Shown: piece after piece, positions 18,887 through 29,336 of the stretch
Layout of the letters: every line of letters begins with the position of its first letter
Numbering within the stretch: position 1 is the first letter of the stretch
NCBI GenBank assembly: GCA_051532035.1
Contig: JAOPTW010000013.1
Location: 224,001 to 288,000, forward strand
DNA: 64,000 nt
Source of the DNA: Fibrobacterales bacterium
Lineage (GTDB): Bacteria; Fibrobacterota; Fibrobacteria; Fibrobacterales; JAOPTW01
Reading direction: 5' to 3'
Notes under the pieces: model-generated
Database searches by the model: none
What the model saw: the letters and a program-made list of their open reading frames with translations, nothing else
What the model was told of the DNA's origin: nothing
Position numbers and translations under genes: made by a program

Positions 18887-20356
18887 ATGCCAAGTAAAAA
18901 GCTCGTTGAAAAAGATGGAAGTATTACCAGGAAAAAGCTCGATCACCGCGACAGATATCGCAATGTTCACTACACCGACAAGCGAAAATCAAACGAAACA
19001 ATCAGAGGAGATAAAATTCAGGTTCGCCTGAAAAAAGTTAAGGGAACCGGAGCTGAGCCCGAAATCACCTGGAGTTATACTGTTGAAAACTGCCCTGATT
19101 ATCTGCGCGAAATAGTAACAGAAAAAGCAAAGTTTCAAAATGACCAATCAGCTTCGGCGAGTAATGATTTTCACTATAAACGATTTGTTATTCCGCCGGT
19201 CAACAATGTCAAATACACTCTGAAAGCAGCGTATCCCGATCAGGACCCTGTTGAAGTAAAAGTATTTACCGCAAAACAGCGCTGTTATCTCAATTTTAAA
19301 ATTAATGACAATGATCTTAACTTCAATACTTCCATGAAAAATAAAATATCTACGATGGTACAAGGTGCCAATGCTATATATAATAAACTGGGGATTGACA
19401 TCCAGGAGGCAGGAACAATACTGAAAAAATCAGTCCGTGGTACTATTCGAGATGTTGAAGAAGGTTCACCAATTTTGTCAGCCAAATGTAAGGCACAAAC
19501 AACAGTTACCATCAAGCAAAAATACTGGGATGATGCAGACAAACTCTATCGATTTCAAATTAAAAAAACAGGAGCCGACACCTTTGAATTTCATAAACTT
19601 GGTTTGGTTAGAGATTTGGGGGGAGCTGGAGATTGTAAGACACTCGAATCTTACAATAACGACAAATTGCTTCAACAGTTTTCCATAGTTGACGGGCATT
19701 TTCTGAAACTCTACCTCCCTGAATCAGAAATACCAACTTACTGGTCTTTAGAGGATAACATAAACTTCAGTAGAGATAAAAATGGTGGCGTAAAAGCTAT
19801 CAGCGTGAATCATAAGACATTCAGTTCATCGGATTCAAAAAATGGACCGAAAGTCGCCAGTGCGTATGAACAAATTTCTAACCTCGAAACGCGCATTGAT
19901 TTAACCAATAGCGTTGTATACCCAGACGAAAACCCCGACTCTGTTGGTGTTGGTGATATTTTAACCTTTGATATCCATATCGTTCGTTATGAATATGGTA
20001 AAACCCAAGGCAGTGGAGATAGCGCCAGTAAATCTATTAAAATGTACATTGATCTGGACAACTGCAATGATAATCGACTCGGAGTGCTTCTCGCTCATGA
20101 ACTGGGCCATGTGATTGATATGGTGGATACCGGTAGTGAAACCCATCACACTCAGCAAGGGGGTAATGGGCACCACTGTACTCATAATACAGTCCTGAAT
20201 CCTGATACAGATGTTCGCAATCCTATTAATGATACTGCCGACCTCTGTGTTATGCATTGGTCCTGCTCACCTTATCTGCAACAGATGAAAGGCTTCTGCC
20301 AGCACTGTTCCGATTTTATTAGAAAAAGGGAGTTGGTGAACTGGCCAAGATTGTAG
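18887..20356 (+). CDS. Putative zinc metallopeptidase (metzincin, archaemetzincin-like Cys tail)
   Basis: LAHELGH...HHC...CVM...FCQHC near the C-terminus; AAAGGA RBS; 20 bp after the upstream gene. Confidence 0.7.
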   Translation: MPSKKLVEKDGSITRKKLDHRDRYRNVHYTDKRKSNETIRGDKIQVRLKKVKGTGAEPEITWSYTVENCPDYLREIVTEKAKFQNDQSASASNDFHYKRFVIPPVNNVKYTLKAAYPDQDPVEVKVFTAKQRCYLNFKINDNDLNFNTSMKNKISTMVQGANAIYNKLGIDIQEAGTILKKSVRGTIRDVEEGSPILSAKCKAQTTVTIKQKYWDDADKLYRFQIKKTGADTFEFHKLGLVRDLGGAGDCKTLESYNNDKLLQQFSIVDGHFLKLYLPESEIPTYWSLEDNINFSRDKNGGVKAISVNHKTFSSSDSKNGPKVASAYEQISNLETRIDLTNSVVYPDENPDSVGVGDILTFDIHIVRYEYGKTQGSGDSASKSIKMYIDLDNCNDNRLGVLLAHELGHVIDMVDTGSETHHTQQGGNGHHCTHNTVLNPDTDVRNPINDTADLCVMHWSCSPYLQQMKGFCQHCSDFIRKRELVNWPRL

Positions 20357-20957
20357 CAGAAACGATCTCTATGATAGAGTATCAATAGAATGTACACAGG
20401 TATTTGTACGCCTCGCAGTACATAACAATGTAAAAGAAATATTTGTTATGTACTGTGTATACCGGTCTGTCTCAGTTGCAACCTTCCATACTTCCGCAAA
20501 TAAAAAGAGACTACAAAATCTAATGGAGTCCATAGAACTGTGGCTATTCGAATAGTATTTTTTTGGTAAGCGATGTAATCGAAATACTGAGAAATTAGTA
20601 TACGACATTACCCCGCTCTGCAACCTAACTATGGTGATGTGACGTATAGAGTTAAAGTTTGGCCCATAATACAATCATGAATACACCGTACACTACCTGA
20701 ATTCAGGTATATCCAGAAGGATGGATGGCCTAGATAGGCTACGGTAATTGGGGTAGCGACTACCCCATTATCTGCACATATTGGTAATGGGTACAATTTT
20801 GTGGTGAAACAACTAATCGAGTAATGTTTACCGAGAAGACTATAACCAACATACTTTTTATTCACATTATTAAAACATTCATTGCATTCATCCGTTAATC
20901 GTAAGACAATATAACGATAGAGAAAACCGAGAAGTGAATGACTCATCAGGGTATGAC

Positions 20958-23900
20958 ATGAAGTTAATTCAAGGATCAATCAGAAAGAATCTGATAATGA
21001 TTGCAATGCTCAGTTTAATACCGATTATTGCATTATCAATTGGCCTTGCTGTTAATTCGATTTATACAAATGTATTCAAAAGTGAAATTGCAATTTGTGA
21101 AACGAAAATTGATAAAACTCAAAAAATTCTGAGTCAATTTCTTGAAATAGCATTTTCTGATCTAACCTTTTTAAACAACCTTGATGCAATAAATGAATTC
21201 ATGCAGAGTCAACAAATGGATGCCGCGTTTAAAAAGCAGACCGTTGAAAATATATTTTCATCTATGACCAATTCAAGAATGATTTATGATCAAGTGAGAT
21301 TATTAGACAGCTCCGGTATGGAACAACTCAGAGTTAACTGGTCAGAAGACTCAACAATCATTATTCCTCGTAACATGCTTCAGAATAAAAGTGATCGATA
21401 TTACTTTGTAAACACAACTACCCTTCAGCATGATGAATATTATGTGTCACCCATCGATCTAAACCGGGAAAAGGATTCACTCGAGCGTCCCTATAAACCC
21501 ATGCTCCGCATCAGCACCCCACTCCATAACGAACAAGGCATCTTTATTGGCGCCATTATATTAAATATTCTTGCACAAAATTTTCTTCATGCCAGCGCAA
21601 TGAATAACTCTACAGATGAAAGTTACTGGTTTATTACAGACAAGGATGGGTGGTATCTGCACAATGCAACAGACACGACTAAAGAATGGGGCAGTCCACG
21701 AGACCTAAACCATACCATAAACCTCATCAATGATTATCCCGAAAACATAGATTCACTCGTATCATCGAGTCCACACACTGTTCAGTTTGAAACTGATAGT
21801 AGCTTTATCTTCGCTCGACGCATGACCATAACATCTAAGGCTGAGTTAACACTGTTAACCGGATTGGTAGTCAAAAAAAGTCTGCTCTACAGAAAAGTAT
21901 ACCAAACAAGTATTGTTCCAATAACAGCAGCGGTAGCTGCTCTATTTGCAGCCATAATGATTGCATATACAACAAGTCGAAAAATATCCCGCCCGCTTGA
22001 GCAACTTACCAAACATGCTCATGACCTCAGTGCAGGAGAAAAACTGACTCTCACAACGATACAATCGGGCATTTCTGAAATTGATTATCTGTCCGACACC
22101 TTGAATCATATGACCACCTCTTTATTAAATATAAATGAGGAACTTGAACAGAAAGTTAATGAGCGCACTTCAGCCTTATATAAAGAGCAAGCCAGAGCAC
22201 TCGATCTTCTTGAAGAAACACAACGTGATAAGGCCAATGTTGAGCTCATCCTAAAGGAGCGGGATACTATTGAGGAAAAACTACAGGTAACTCAAGCCGC
22301 CATTGAATACGCTTCAGATACAATATTTTGGGTTTCACCGGATGGCTCAATAGATTATGCGAATACATTTGCCTGTGACAGTCTTGGTTATACCAAAGAG
22401 GAATTTTGCAAACTAGAAATAGATGAAATTATCGAAGAGTATCATAGCGGACGCTGGCAACTCCAAAATGAAACACTTCAAACTAAAAACCACCAGAAAT
22501 TTGAATCATCACATATCACTAAAGATGGTCGACACATTCCAGCTGAAGTACGATTAAATTATTTTGAATTTGAAGAGAAAGAATACATTCTAGTACTCAT
22601 ACATGACATTGCGGAAAGGAAAGAAAAAGAGCTCAAATTACAGGCGAGTGAAACTCTCTTGAAAGAGGCTCAAAACATCTCCAAACTTGGCCACTGGATT
22701 CTGGAAATTCCTCAAAATAATTTAATCTGGTCTGATGAAATTTTTTCAATTTTTGAAATAGATAAAAAATATTTTCAAGCTTCATACGAGTATTTTCTTT
22801 CTGTCATTCATCCTGATGATAGAGATATGGTAAATAATGCATATACACGATCTCTAAAAAATAAAAAGCCCTACTCCATAGATCATCGATTACAGATGAT
22901 AGACGGAAGTATAAAACATGTTCGAGAGATCTGCAGAACAGAATACAATCAATCCGGTGAACCTATTCGATCTATCGGCACCTTACAGGATATTACCGAA
23001 CAGAAGAGAACAGAATTAGAACTGGAGAAATCAAAAGTTTTAGCAGAAAGCGCTACCAGAACTAAAAGCCAATTTATTGCGAATATGAGTCACGAAATTC
23101 GCACTCCTATTAATGCTATAATTGGTATGAGCTATCTCGCCCTCAATACTAATATGGACCCACAACAAGTAAACTATGTTAATAAAATTGATGGTGCCGC
23201 ACATTCTCTACTCGGAATCATTAATGACATTCTGGATTTTTCAAAAATTGAATCCGGAAAAATGAGTATAGAAAACACTCCCTTTTCACTTGAAGAAGTC
23301 ATTTCTAATGCTGCCAGTATAATCAACATTAAAGCTGAAGAAAAAAAACTAGAACTTATCATTGATTTAGATCCTGCAATCCCTCAAATGCTTATTGGAG
23401 ATCCGTTAAGAATCACTCAGGTATTGACCAACCTTGCCGGAAACTCTGTTAAGTTCACAGATCAGGGTGAAGTTACCATTTCAGCACAACAGATCCACAA
23501 GGATGGGATCGTATCAGAAATCCTGTTTTCTGTCAAAGATACAGGAATTGGAATCAGCGCATTAGAGCAAAAGAAACTGTTTAAACCGTTTACTCAAGCT
23601 GATGGGTCCATTACACGGAAATATGGAGGTACGGGCCTTGGCCTTACCATAACGAAACAACTCGTTGAGCTAATGGACGGTGGCATTAACATTACGTCTA
23701 CCCCAGGAAAGGGAACAACGTTCAGTTTTTCAATTTTACTTGATGAAGCAGTAATAGAAAACACCAGTACCACCCCAAAAACGGATGAGTTTCAAAACCT
23801 AAAGGTGCTTGTAATGGATTCGAGTGAAGCTGTACTAAAAACAATAACACGGCATCTTCTCTCTCTTAAATTCAAAGTTGAGGCATGTAACACAGGAAAT

Positions 23901-25313
23901 GAAGCCCTAGAGCTCCTTGAACATGCAGGCATACATAAGGATCCATTTAGACTGGCGATAGTAAACATAAAGACAGATAATGATACTACAGACAGCATCA
24001 GTATACTCAATCAAATGGATAATCCTGATAATAATTATCCCTGCCCAAAAAGAATTATTCTCACCACAGAGAACGAACGGGAATCAATTATACGCATCCC
24101 AAATAAGCCATTTTTTGACAGTATTCTTATTAAACCCATACAACCCTCTATTTTATTCAATACTATCATAAGTGTTCTGAGAGATTCAATACTAACCACC
24201 TATAAAAACTTCTCCCAAAACACTCACCCCTCTTCGCTTGCATCAACAGTATCAGGTAAAAAGGTTCTTCTTGTCGAAGACAATGAAATAAACCAAGAAG
24301 TCGCTATGGAAATCCTTACCCTTGCCAACCTTGATATTGATGTTGCTAACAATGGTAAAGAGGCGATAAGTCAGATTAAAAACAATCAGTACGACCTTGT
24401 ATTCATGGACATACAAATGCCGGTTATGGATGGCCTTAAAGCCACACAGATTATTCGAACACTACCAGGGCAAAGCAAAACTGAGCTCCCAATAATCGCC
24501 ATGACCGCTCATGCATTCAAAGAGCAAATTGATCAAAGTTTAGAGGCAGGCATGAATGATCACCTATCCAAGCCCATTGAACCAGAAGTACTCTTTTCTG
24601 TTCTCAACCATTGGCTGGGGCAAAAACCTATAAATGAACGCCCCCTTAAAATAGATCCAGAAGAAGATCAGGATAAACATACAATTCAAGATTATTCACC
24701 AATACTCAATACCAGTAAAGCACTGAAAAGAATGTCTGGGAATGAAAAATTATTTTATAAAATCATTAAAAAGTTTAATAGTGAATATTCAGATTATCCC
24801 AAAAGGATTCAAGACACCTTAAATGAAAACAAAACATTAGAGTCAAAAATTCTCGTACATACTTTAAAAGGACTTTGTGGGAACATTGGTGCAACCGAAC
24901 TTCAAGAGGCCGCTTCAAAACTTGAAGTAGCTATTGATGAAAATAGCGACACCAAAGAATCTCTTTTGGAACAGTTGAATGATACCTTTAGTCAATTACT
25001 TACAGTAATTCATACCATAATAGAAAACGAAGTTGCAATCACTCCCCCACCCTCCACACTTCAACAGGAAGAGAAGAAACCTGATACTATACAATTAATG
25101 AACACCATACTATCTCTAGAACAGTGCCTTACCAATCAACAGCCAATTGAATGCAAAAAAATCATAAAAATGCTGAAACAATATGATCTACCACACTCCT
25201 CAAGTATTGATTATTCGACAATAATAGAAGAGCACATAAACGGTTACAATTTTTCAGAGGCTTTAAATATTATAAATCAATTAAAAAATGAATTGCATTA
25301 TGAAAACACGTAA
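20958..25313 (+). CDS. Hybrid sensor kinase: Cache-HAMP-PAS-PAS-HisKA-HATPase-REC-REC-Hpt
   Basis: NKSDRYYF Cache motif, ANMSHEIRTP, GDPLRI, DTGIG, GGTGLGL, FMDIQMP, VHTLKG Hpt. Start could be GTG 20934 or ATG 20958. Confidence 0.92.
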   Translation: MKLIQGSIRKNLIMIAMLSLIPIIALSIGLAVNSIYTNVFKSEIAICETKIDKTQKILSQFLEIAFSDLTFLNNLDAINEFMQSQQMDAAFKKQTVENIFSSMTNSRMIYDQVRLLDSSGMEQLRVNWSEDSTIIIPRNMLQNKSDRYYFVNTTTLQHDEYYVSPIDLNREKDSLERPYKPMLRISTPLHNEQGIFIGAIILNILAQNFLHASAMNNSTDESYWFITDKDGWYLHNATDTTKEWGSPRDLNHTINLINDYPENIDSLVSSSPHTVQFETDSSFIFARRMTITSKAELTLLTGLVVKKSLLYRKVYQTSIVPITAAVAALFAAIMIAYTTSRKISRPLEQLTKHAHDLSAGEKLTLTTIQSGISEIDYLSDTLNHMTTSLLNINEELEQKVNERTSALYKEQARALDLLEETQRDKANVELILKERDTIEEKLQVTQAAIEYASDTIFWVSPDGSIDYANTFACDSLGYTKEEFCKLEIDEIIEEYHSGRWQLQNETLQTKNHQKFESSHITKDGRHIPAEVRLNYFEFEEKEYILVLIHDIAERKEKELKLQASETLLKEAQNISKLGHWILEIPQNNLIWSDEIFSIFEIDKKYFQASYEYFLSVIHPDDRDMVNNAYTRSLKNKKPYSIDHRLQMIDGSIKHVREICRTEYNQSGEPIRSIGTLQDITEQKRTELELEKSKVLAESATRTKSQFIANMSHEIRTPINAIIGMSYLALNTNMDPQQVNYVNKIDGAAHSLLGIINDILDFSKIESGKMSIENTPFSLEEVISNAASIINIKAEEKKLELIIDLDPAIPQMLIGDPLRITQVLTNLAGNSVKFTDQGEVTISAQQIHKDGIVSEILFSVKDTGIGISALEQKKLFKPFTQADGSITRKYGGTGLGLTITKQLVELMDGGINITSTPGKGTTFSFSILLDEAVIENTSTTPKTDEFQNLKVLVMDSSEAVLKTITRHLLSLKFKVEACNTGNEALELLEHAGIHKDPFRLAIVNIKTDNDTTDSISILNQMDNPDNNYPCPKRIILTTENERESIIRIPNKPFFDSILIKPIQPSILFNTIISVLRDSILTTYKNFSQNTHPSSLASTVSGKKVLLVEDNEINQEVAMEILTLANLDIDVANNGKEAISQIKNNQYDLVFMDIQMPVMDGLKATQIIRTLPGQSKTELPIIAMTAHAFKEQIDQSLEAGMNDHLSKPIEPEVLFSVLNHWLGQKPINERPLKIDPEEDQDKHTIQDYSPILNTSKALKRMSGNEKLFYKIIKKFNSEYSDYPKRIQDTLNENKTLESKILVHTLKGLCGNIGATELQEAASKLEVAIDENSDTKESLLEQLNDTFSQLLTVIHTIIENEVAITPPPSTLQQEEKKPDTIQLMNTILSLEQCLTNQQPIECKKIIKMLKQYDLPHSSSIDYSTIIEEHINGYNFSEALNIINQLKNELHYENT

Positions 25314-25372
25314 AAAACATGTAATCTACGGTATTCACATACTCTCTTCACATAGGAAAAAGGTGTAAAGAT

Positions 25373-26851
25373 ATGTCAGATAAAAAGTACAGTGTACTTA
25401 TAATAGACGATACTCCTGAAAATATCGACATTCTCATTGAATCATTACAGGACACCTACGCTCTCTATGTTGCAACACAAGGAAAAGAGGGCATACAGAT
25501 CGCATTAACAAACCTTCCTGACATTATTCTTCTGGATATAATGATGCCAGATATTGATGGATATGAAGTGTGCAAAACATTGAAGGCAAATCCCAGTACT
25601 CAAAGTATCCCTATCATATTCCTAACGGCACTCACCGATGTCGAACATGCATGTAAAGGCCTGGAGATAGGCGCCGCGGACTTCATCAGTAAGCCATTTG
25701 ATCATGACCTTCTTAGCGCGAGAATATCTACTCATCTTGCACTAAAAAGTCATCGAGACAAACTTGAACTATTAATAAAGGAGCGTACACTGGGACTGGA
25801 ACTCACCCAAAGAGTTTTAATTGAAAGCCTAGGAACAATTGCCGAATACCGAGACCCGGAAACGGGTGGCCATATTAAAAGAACTCAAAACTACATCAAG
25901 GCATTAGCCAAAAAATTAAATACCCACCCCAAATATTCAAATCACCTATCTGATTCATACATTGATATACTGCATACTTCCGCCCCTCTCCATGACATAG
26001 GTAAAGTTGGTATAGCGGATACTATTCTGCTCAAACCAGGTAAACTCACCCCGGATGAATTCAACACGATGAAGGAACATGCTCAATATGGATATGATAT
26101 CCTCAAAAAAATCGGAAACAAGTTAAAAAATAAAGAGGTGCTCAAAGTAGCTCAGGATCTCGCATTTTACCACCATGAAAAATGGGATGGTTCAGGCTAC
26201 CCTCAACAACTGAAAGGTGAGGAAATTCCATTGGCCGGTAGATTAATGGCCATAGCCGACGTATATGATGCCCTTATTAGTAAACGGGTATATAAAGAAC
26301 CCTTTGGACAGGATAAAGCAGTTGCAATAATTAAAGAAGGGAGCGGCTCCCATTTTGACCCTGATATTGTTACGTGTTTTTGTGAAATACAAGATACCTT
26401 CAGAAATATTGCAATCACCTATGCAGATTTTGATGAAGAGATTGTCAGCCTTGGAGGGGCTATTGAGCCGGTTCATAAGGCACCAAAAAAAATTAACCGC
26501 ATTCTCATTGCGGATGATAATGATATTAATATCGAAATAATGAAAAACCAACTTGAAGCCCTTAACTTCGAAGTACTCTGCGCCCAAGATGGGGCATCTG
26601 CCTATGATTTATACAAGGAAAAGAAACCCGAATTTGTGTTTACTGACCTCGGAATGCCCAATGGTAACGGATATATGGTTACAGAACAAATAAGAGAATA
26701 TGATTCAGAAACACCGATATATTTGCTCACTGCAAGTGATTATAATATTTCACTGGAGGATCTTAAACAAAAAGGGTTTAATGGTTTTCTACTCAAACCC
26801 CTTGATGAAGAGCTTCTCATAAAAATATTGGGGGTGGAAGCCCACCATTAG
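25373..26851 (+). CDS. REC-HD-GYP-REC c-di-GMP phosphodiesterase response regulator (RpfG-like)
   Basis: LLDIMMP, ETGGHI, LHDIGK, HHEKWDGSGYP, ADVYDAL, RVYK; second REC with TDLGMP. Confidence 0.92.
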   Translation: MSDKKYSVLIIDDTPENIDILIESLQDTYALYVATQGKEGIQIALTNLPDIILLDIMMPDIDGYEVCKTLKANPSTQSIPIIFLTALTDVEHACKGLEIGAADFISKPFDHDLLSARISTHLALKSHRDKLELLIKERTLGLELTQRVLIESLGTIAEYRDPETGGHIKRTQNYIKALAKKLNTHPKYSNHLSDSYIDILHTSAPLHDIGKVGIADTILLKPGKLTPDEFNTMKEHAQYGYDILKKIGNKLKNKEVLKVAQDLAFYHHEKWDGSGYPQQLKGEEIPLAGRLMAIADVYDALISKRVYKEPFGQDKAVAIIKEGSGSHFDPDIVTCFCEIQDTFRNIAITYADFDEEIVSLGGAIEPVHKAPKKINRILIADDNDINIEIMKNQLEALNFEVLCAQDGASAYDLYKEKKPEFVFTDLGMPNGNGYMVTEQIREYDSETPIYLLTASDYNISLEDLKQKGFNGFLLKPLDEELLIKILGVEAHH

Positions 26852-26885
26852 CCTTGACTACATGCCCTTCTAACATTCTTCTCCC

Positions 26886-28598
26886 CTACCGAGCAATCCA
26901 CTCAGTACCCACACTCATATTCTTCGTCGTGCCACTCTGTGCTGCATTTACCAGATCAGTTACCGCTGTGCCAGTACCGTCATCAAAATTCCAGAGATGC
27001 GTTAAGCCTTGTTCTGATCCGGTAAGTCTCTTATCCATTGACCCTGCAATTTCTGACAGTGAACGCACTGTACTCCAAACCCGAAATTCATCCATGGCAC
27101 CTTTAAATTCAGGGTCGTTCGCCCAATTACTCTCTCCAATAAAATTTTTAGTACGAGTTATTGACAATGGAATTGCAGAAGGGTTTCCAGTAACATCTGT
27201 GTATTCCTTCCCATTTTTATAAAATTTAGCCACGCCAGTTGACGAAAGAGTCATTGCGATATGTGTCCAAGTATTTGCCACCCCCGTTAATATATTATTG
27301 GCTAATATTCTACTTTTTCCCGTAGTACCATGATATACCCTAAAATAGAGACTCTTTGTATTTGCGCCATCTACTAATAGAATTACATTATCATTTGTCA
27401 TACCATTACCCCACTCGATAATACGTTCATAGGCTCTAGGAGTTGCAAAACGAAGCCAGCACTCTATAGTCACCCCCTTAGAAAAGTCTAAATCTACATC
27501 AGGAAGGTCAACATAATCATTATCACCGTCAAAAGCTAACGCAAAATTTTGAGTGTGAGGAGCAGATATAGTTACATCTATGTTCATGGTAGAAGCTCCC
27601 CCATTACCATCGACAATTTCTATAACAAAGCTATCAGTACCTGAATATCCAGAATGAGGAGTATAGGTAATCATATTTTGAGAAGTAACACTAGTAGAAA
27701 AGCTCACAGTACCATTTGTAGCAGTACCCCTTTTTTTAACCTGCCAAGTGATGGAGTCTCCATCGGAATCTACTGCAACGAGGTCAAAAGAGTAGGCCGA
27801 ATCTGAAACAGTTGCTATTGCATGAGATGTTACAGCGGGGTTAAATACCGGCTCACTGTTTACCAGGGGCACACTTGATGAGCTCATTGAAGTACTCGAA
27901 GAACTTACTGTAGCGCTGGAAATGTTATTCGAAGAACTTATGTCGCTCAATACCGAACTGCTCAATACAACAGAACGAGAGAGAGCTTGTTGGGAACTCG
28001 ATACTGGCTGTTCAGATGATACAATAGTCACCGAACTAGAAGCGTGTATGAGTGAGCTTGATACTGTATTGTCGTGCACCTGTTCTGACGATTCATTTAT
28101 GGGGTCTGTTGCGTTTGAACTTTCTATCTGGAGTGCTTCATGTCTATTAAGGTACACTACTAGTTTACCTGCTTTATCTACAGTAACGCTATAGATGTTA
28201 ACCTGAATTTGAGTTCCATTTATCTCCGTTTGACGAGCACCATTATCAATAAGACTATCCCTATGAGTAATGGCGTCTGCATATAAGGAATCTTGCTCTG
28301 CTTTGTACGCGAGGGTCTGCTCACTAAACCTCTTGAAAAAGTGCTCTTGTACCTGCTCAAGTTCGGCAATCCGACTCGTGTCTGTTTCACTATCAAGTAA
28401 CCCGTCAATGTGTTCAAGAGAATCTTTTAACTGAATAAGATGATCATAGGGTTCTATGGCATCACTTGAACTATTTTCAGAACCTTCTGGGTAATCATTG
28501 GGAGTAACACCCTTAACTCCCTGTTGACAGTGGGTTAAATAGAGAGCCAAGAATATAACCGTAGCTTTCACTCGAATATTTGAGTATTTGAATTGCAT
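26886..28598 (-). CDS. Lipoprotein with Ser-rich linker, cadherin/Big-like domain and C-terminal LamG-like jellyroll
   Basis: LTHC lipobox-like, DSDGD...YTP...GTDSF, ALAFDGDNDYV, WTHIA, GAMDEFRVW. Confidence 0.8.
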   Translation of the reverse strand: MQFKYSNIRVKATVIFLALYLTHCQQGVKGVTPNDYPEGSENSSSDAIEPYDHLIQLKDSLEHIDGLLDSETDTSRIAELEQVQEHFFKRFSEQTLAYKAEQDSLYADAITHRDSLIDNGARQTEINGTQIQVNIYSVTVDKAGKLVVYLNRHEALQIESSNATDPINESSEQVHDNTVSSSLIHASSSVTIVSSEQPVSSSQQALSRSVVLSSSVLSDISSSNNISSATVSSSSTSMSSSSVPLVNSEPVFNPAVTSHAIATVSDSAYSFDLVAVDSDGDSITWQVKKRGTATNGTVSFSTSVTSQNMITYTPHSGYSGTDSFVIEIVDGNGGASTMNIDVTISAPHTQNFALAFDGDNDYVDLPDVDLDFSKGVTIECWLRFATPRAYERIIEWGNGMTNDNVILLVDGANTKSLYFRVYHGTTGKSRILANNILTGVANTWTHIAMTLSSTGVAKFYKNGKEYTDVTGNPSAIPLSITRTKNFIGESNWANDPEFKGAMDEFRVWSTVRSLSEIAGSMDKRLTGSEQGLTHLWNFDDGTGTAVTDLVNAAQSGTTKNMSVGTEWIAR

Positions 28599-28786
28599 AT
28601 GTGTCCCCGTTGCGAAATATTGTCAGTTTTATCTAAGCCCCCCCCAGTGGAGCCCTGAAAATCATTCTCGAGAAAGAATATACCAAATATTATTATTCCT
28701 TGGATATTTTAAGGCGATTCTCGCCTAATTTCACTCTAAAAAATGCCCATGTATAGCCCCCATACCAACGAATCATTAGAAAACAT

Positions 28787-28819
28787 AAAAGAGGCTCCTC
28801 TGAGTGAGAGAGCCTCTTT
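28787..28819 (-). terminator. Intrinsic terminator after the gene remnant
   Basis: AAAGAGGCTC/GAGCCTCTTT stem. Confidence 0.6.
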
Positions 28820-28867
28820 CGGTATTGATAACAAAACCCCATCAATAATGGTTACAAACGATTATCA

Positions 28868-29148
28868 TTATTCGAAAAGTTGCTGTCCAGAAGCCATTGG
28901 CACCCAACCATATGCATGATTGCCAGTAGAGTTATCAAAACCTTTTACACAAGCATAGATTGTGGTTGTTTGAAAATAGTGACCATTTGTTTGAGCAGAG
29001 ATAGAACCAACGTTATCGTATCCACACTCAGGTTTTGGCATTCCACCCCAGTTGCAAAAGCTGCTTCCCAGTTAAGAACGATTTTGTCGATGTATTTACG
29101 AGAGCCAAGATCAATTAAGAAAGTAAAATGCGAGGTTGGCCCACCCAA
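28868..29148 (-). pseudogene. Remnant of a secreted F5/8-domain gene; two fragments joined out of frame
   Basis: IDLGSRKYIDKIVLNWEAAFAT (F5/8-like), then a frame change to WGGMPKPECGYDNVG...GWVPMASGQQLFE followed by TAA TGA TAA and a terminator. Confidence 0.6.
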
Positions 29149-29336
29149 GAATTCACGCTAATCACCATTCCATAGCTTAAACCCACAATACTCAATAAAC
29201 CAAATGATCATCAATTTGCAACAACATTGGAACACAAGGACAGGCACAAACACCATTTCAGCCGAAACCTATTTTGAATTGTGATTTTTTCACACTATAT
29301 TATCCTCAACACACACATATACACAACTAAAGGTTA

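Noticed and set aside
20685..20745. tRNA cloverleaf
   Set aside because: Four-way junction lacks T-loop and D-loop consensus, a 7-nt anticodon loop and tRNA length.
20369..20979. 101 aa and 116 aa minus-strand ORFs
   Set aside because: No RBS or recognisable motif and atypical composition; they overlap the structured region and the kinase start.
26854..27222. 122 aa + strand ORF following the HD-GYP gene
   Set aside because: Fully antisense to the LamG domain gene.
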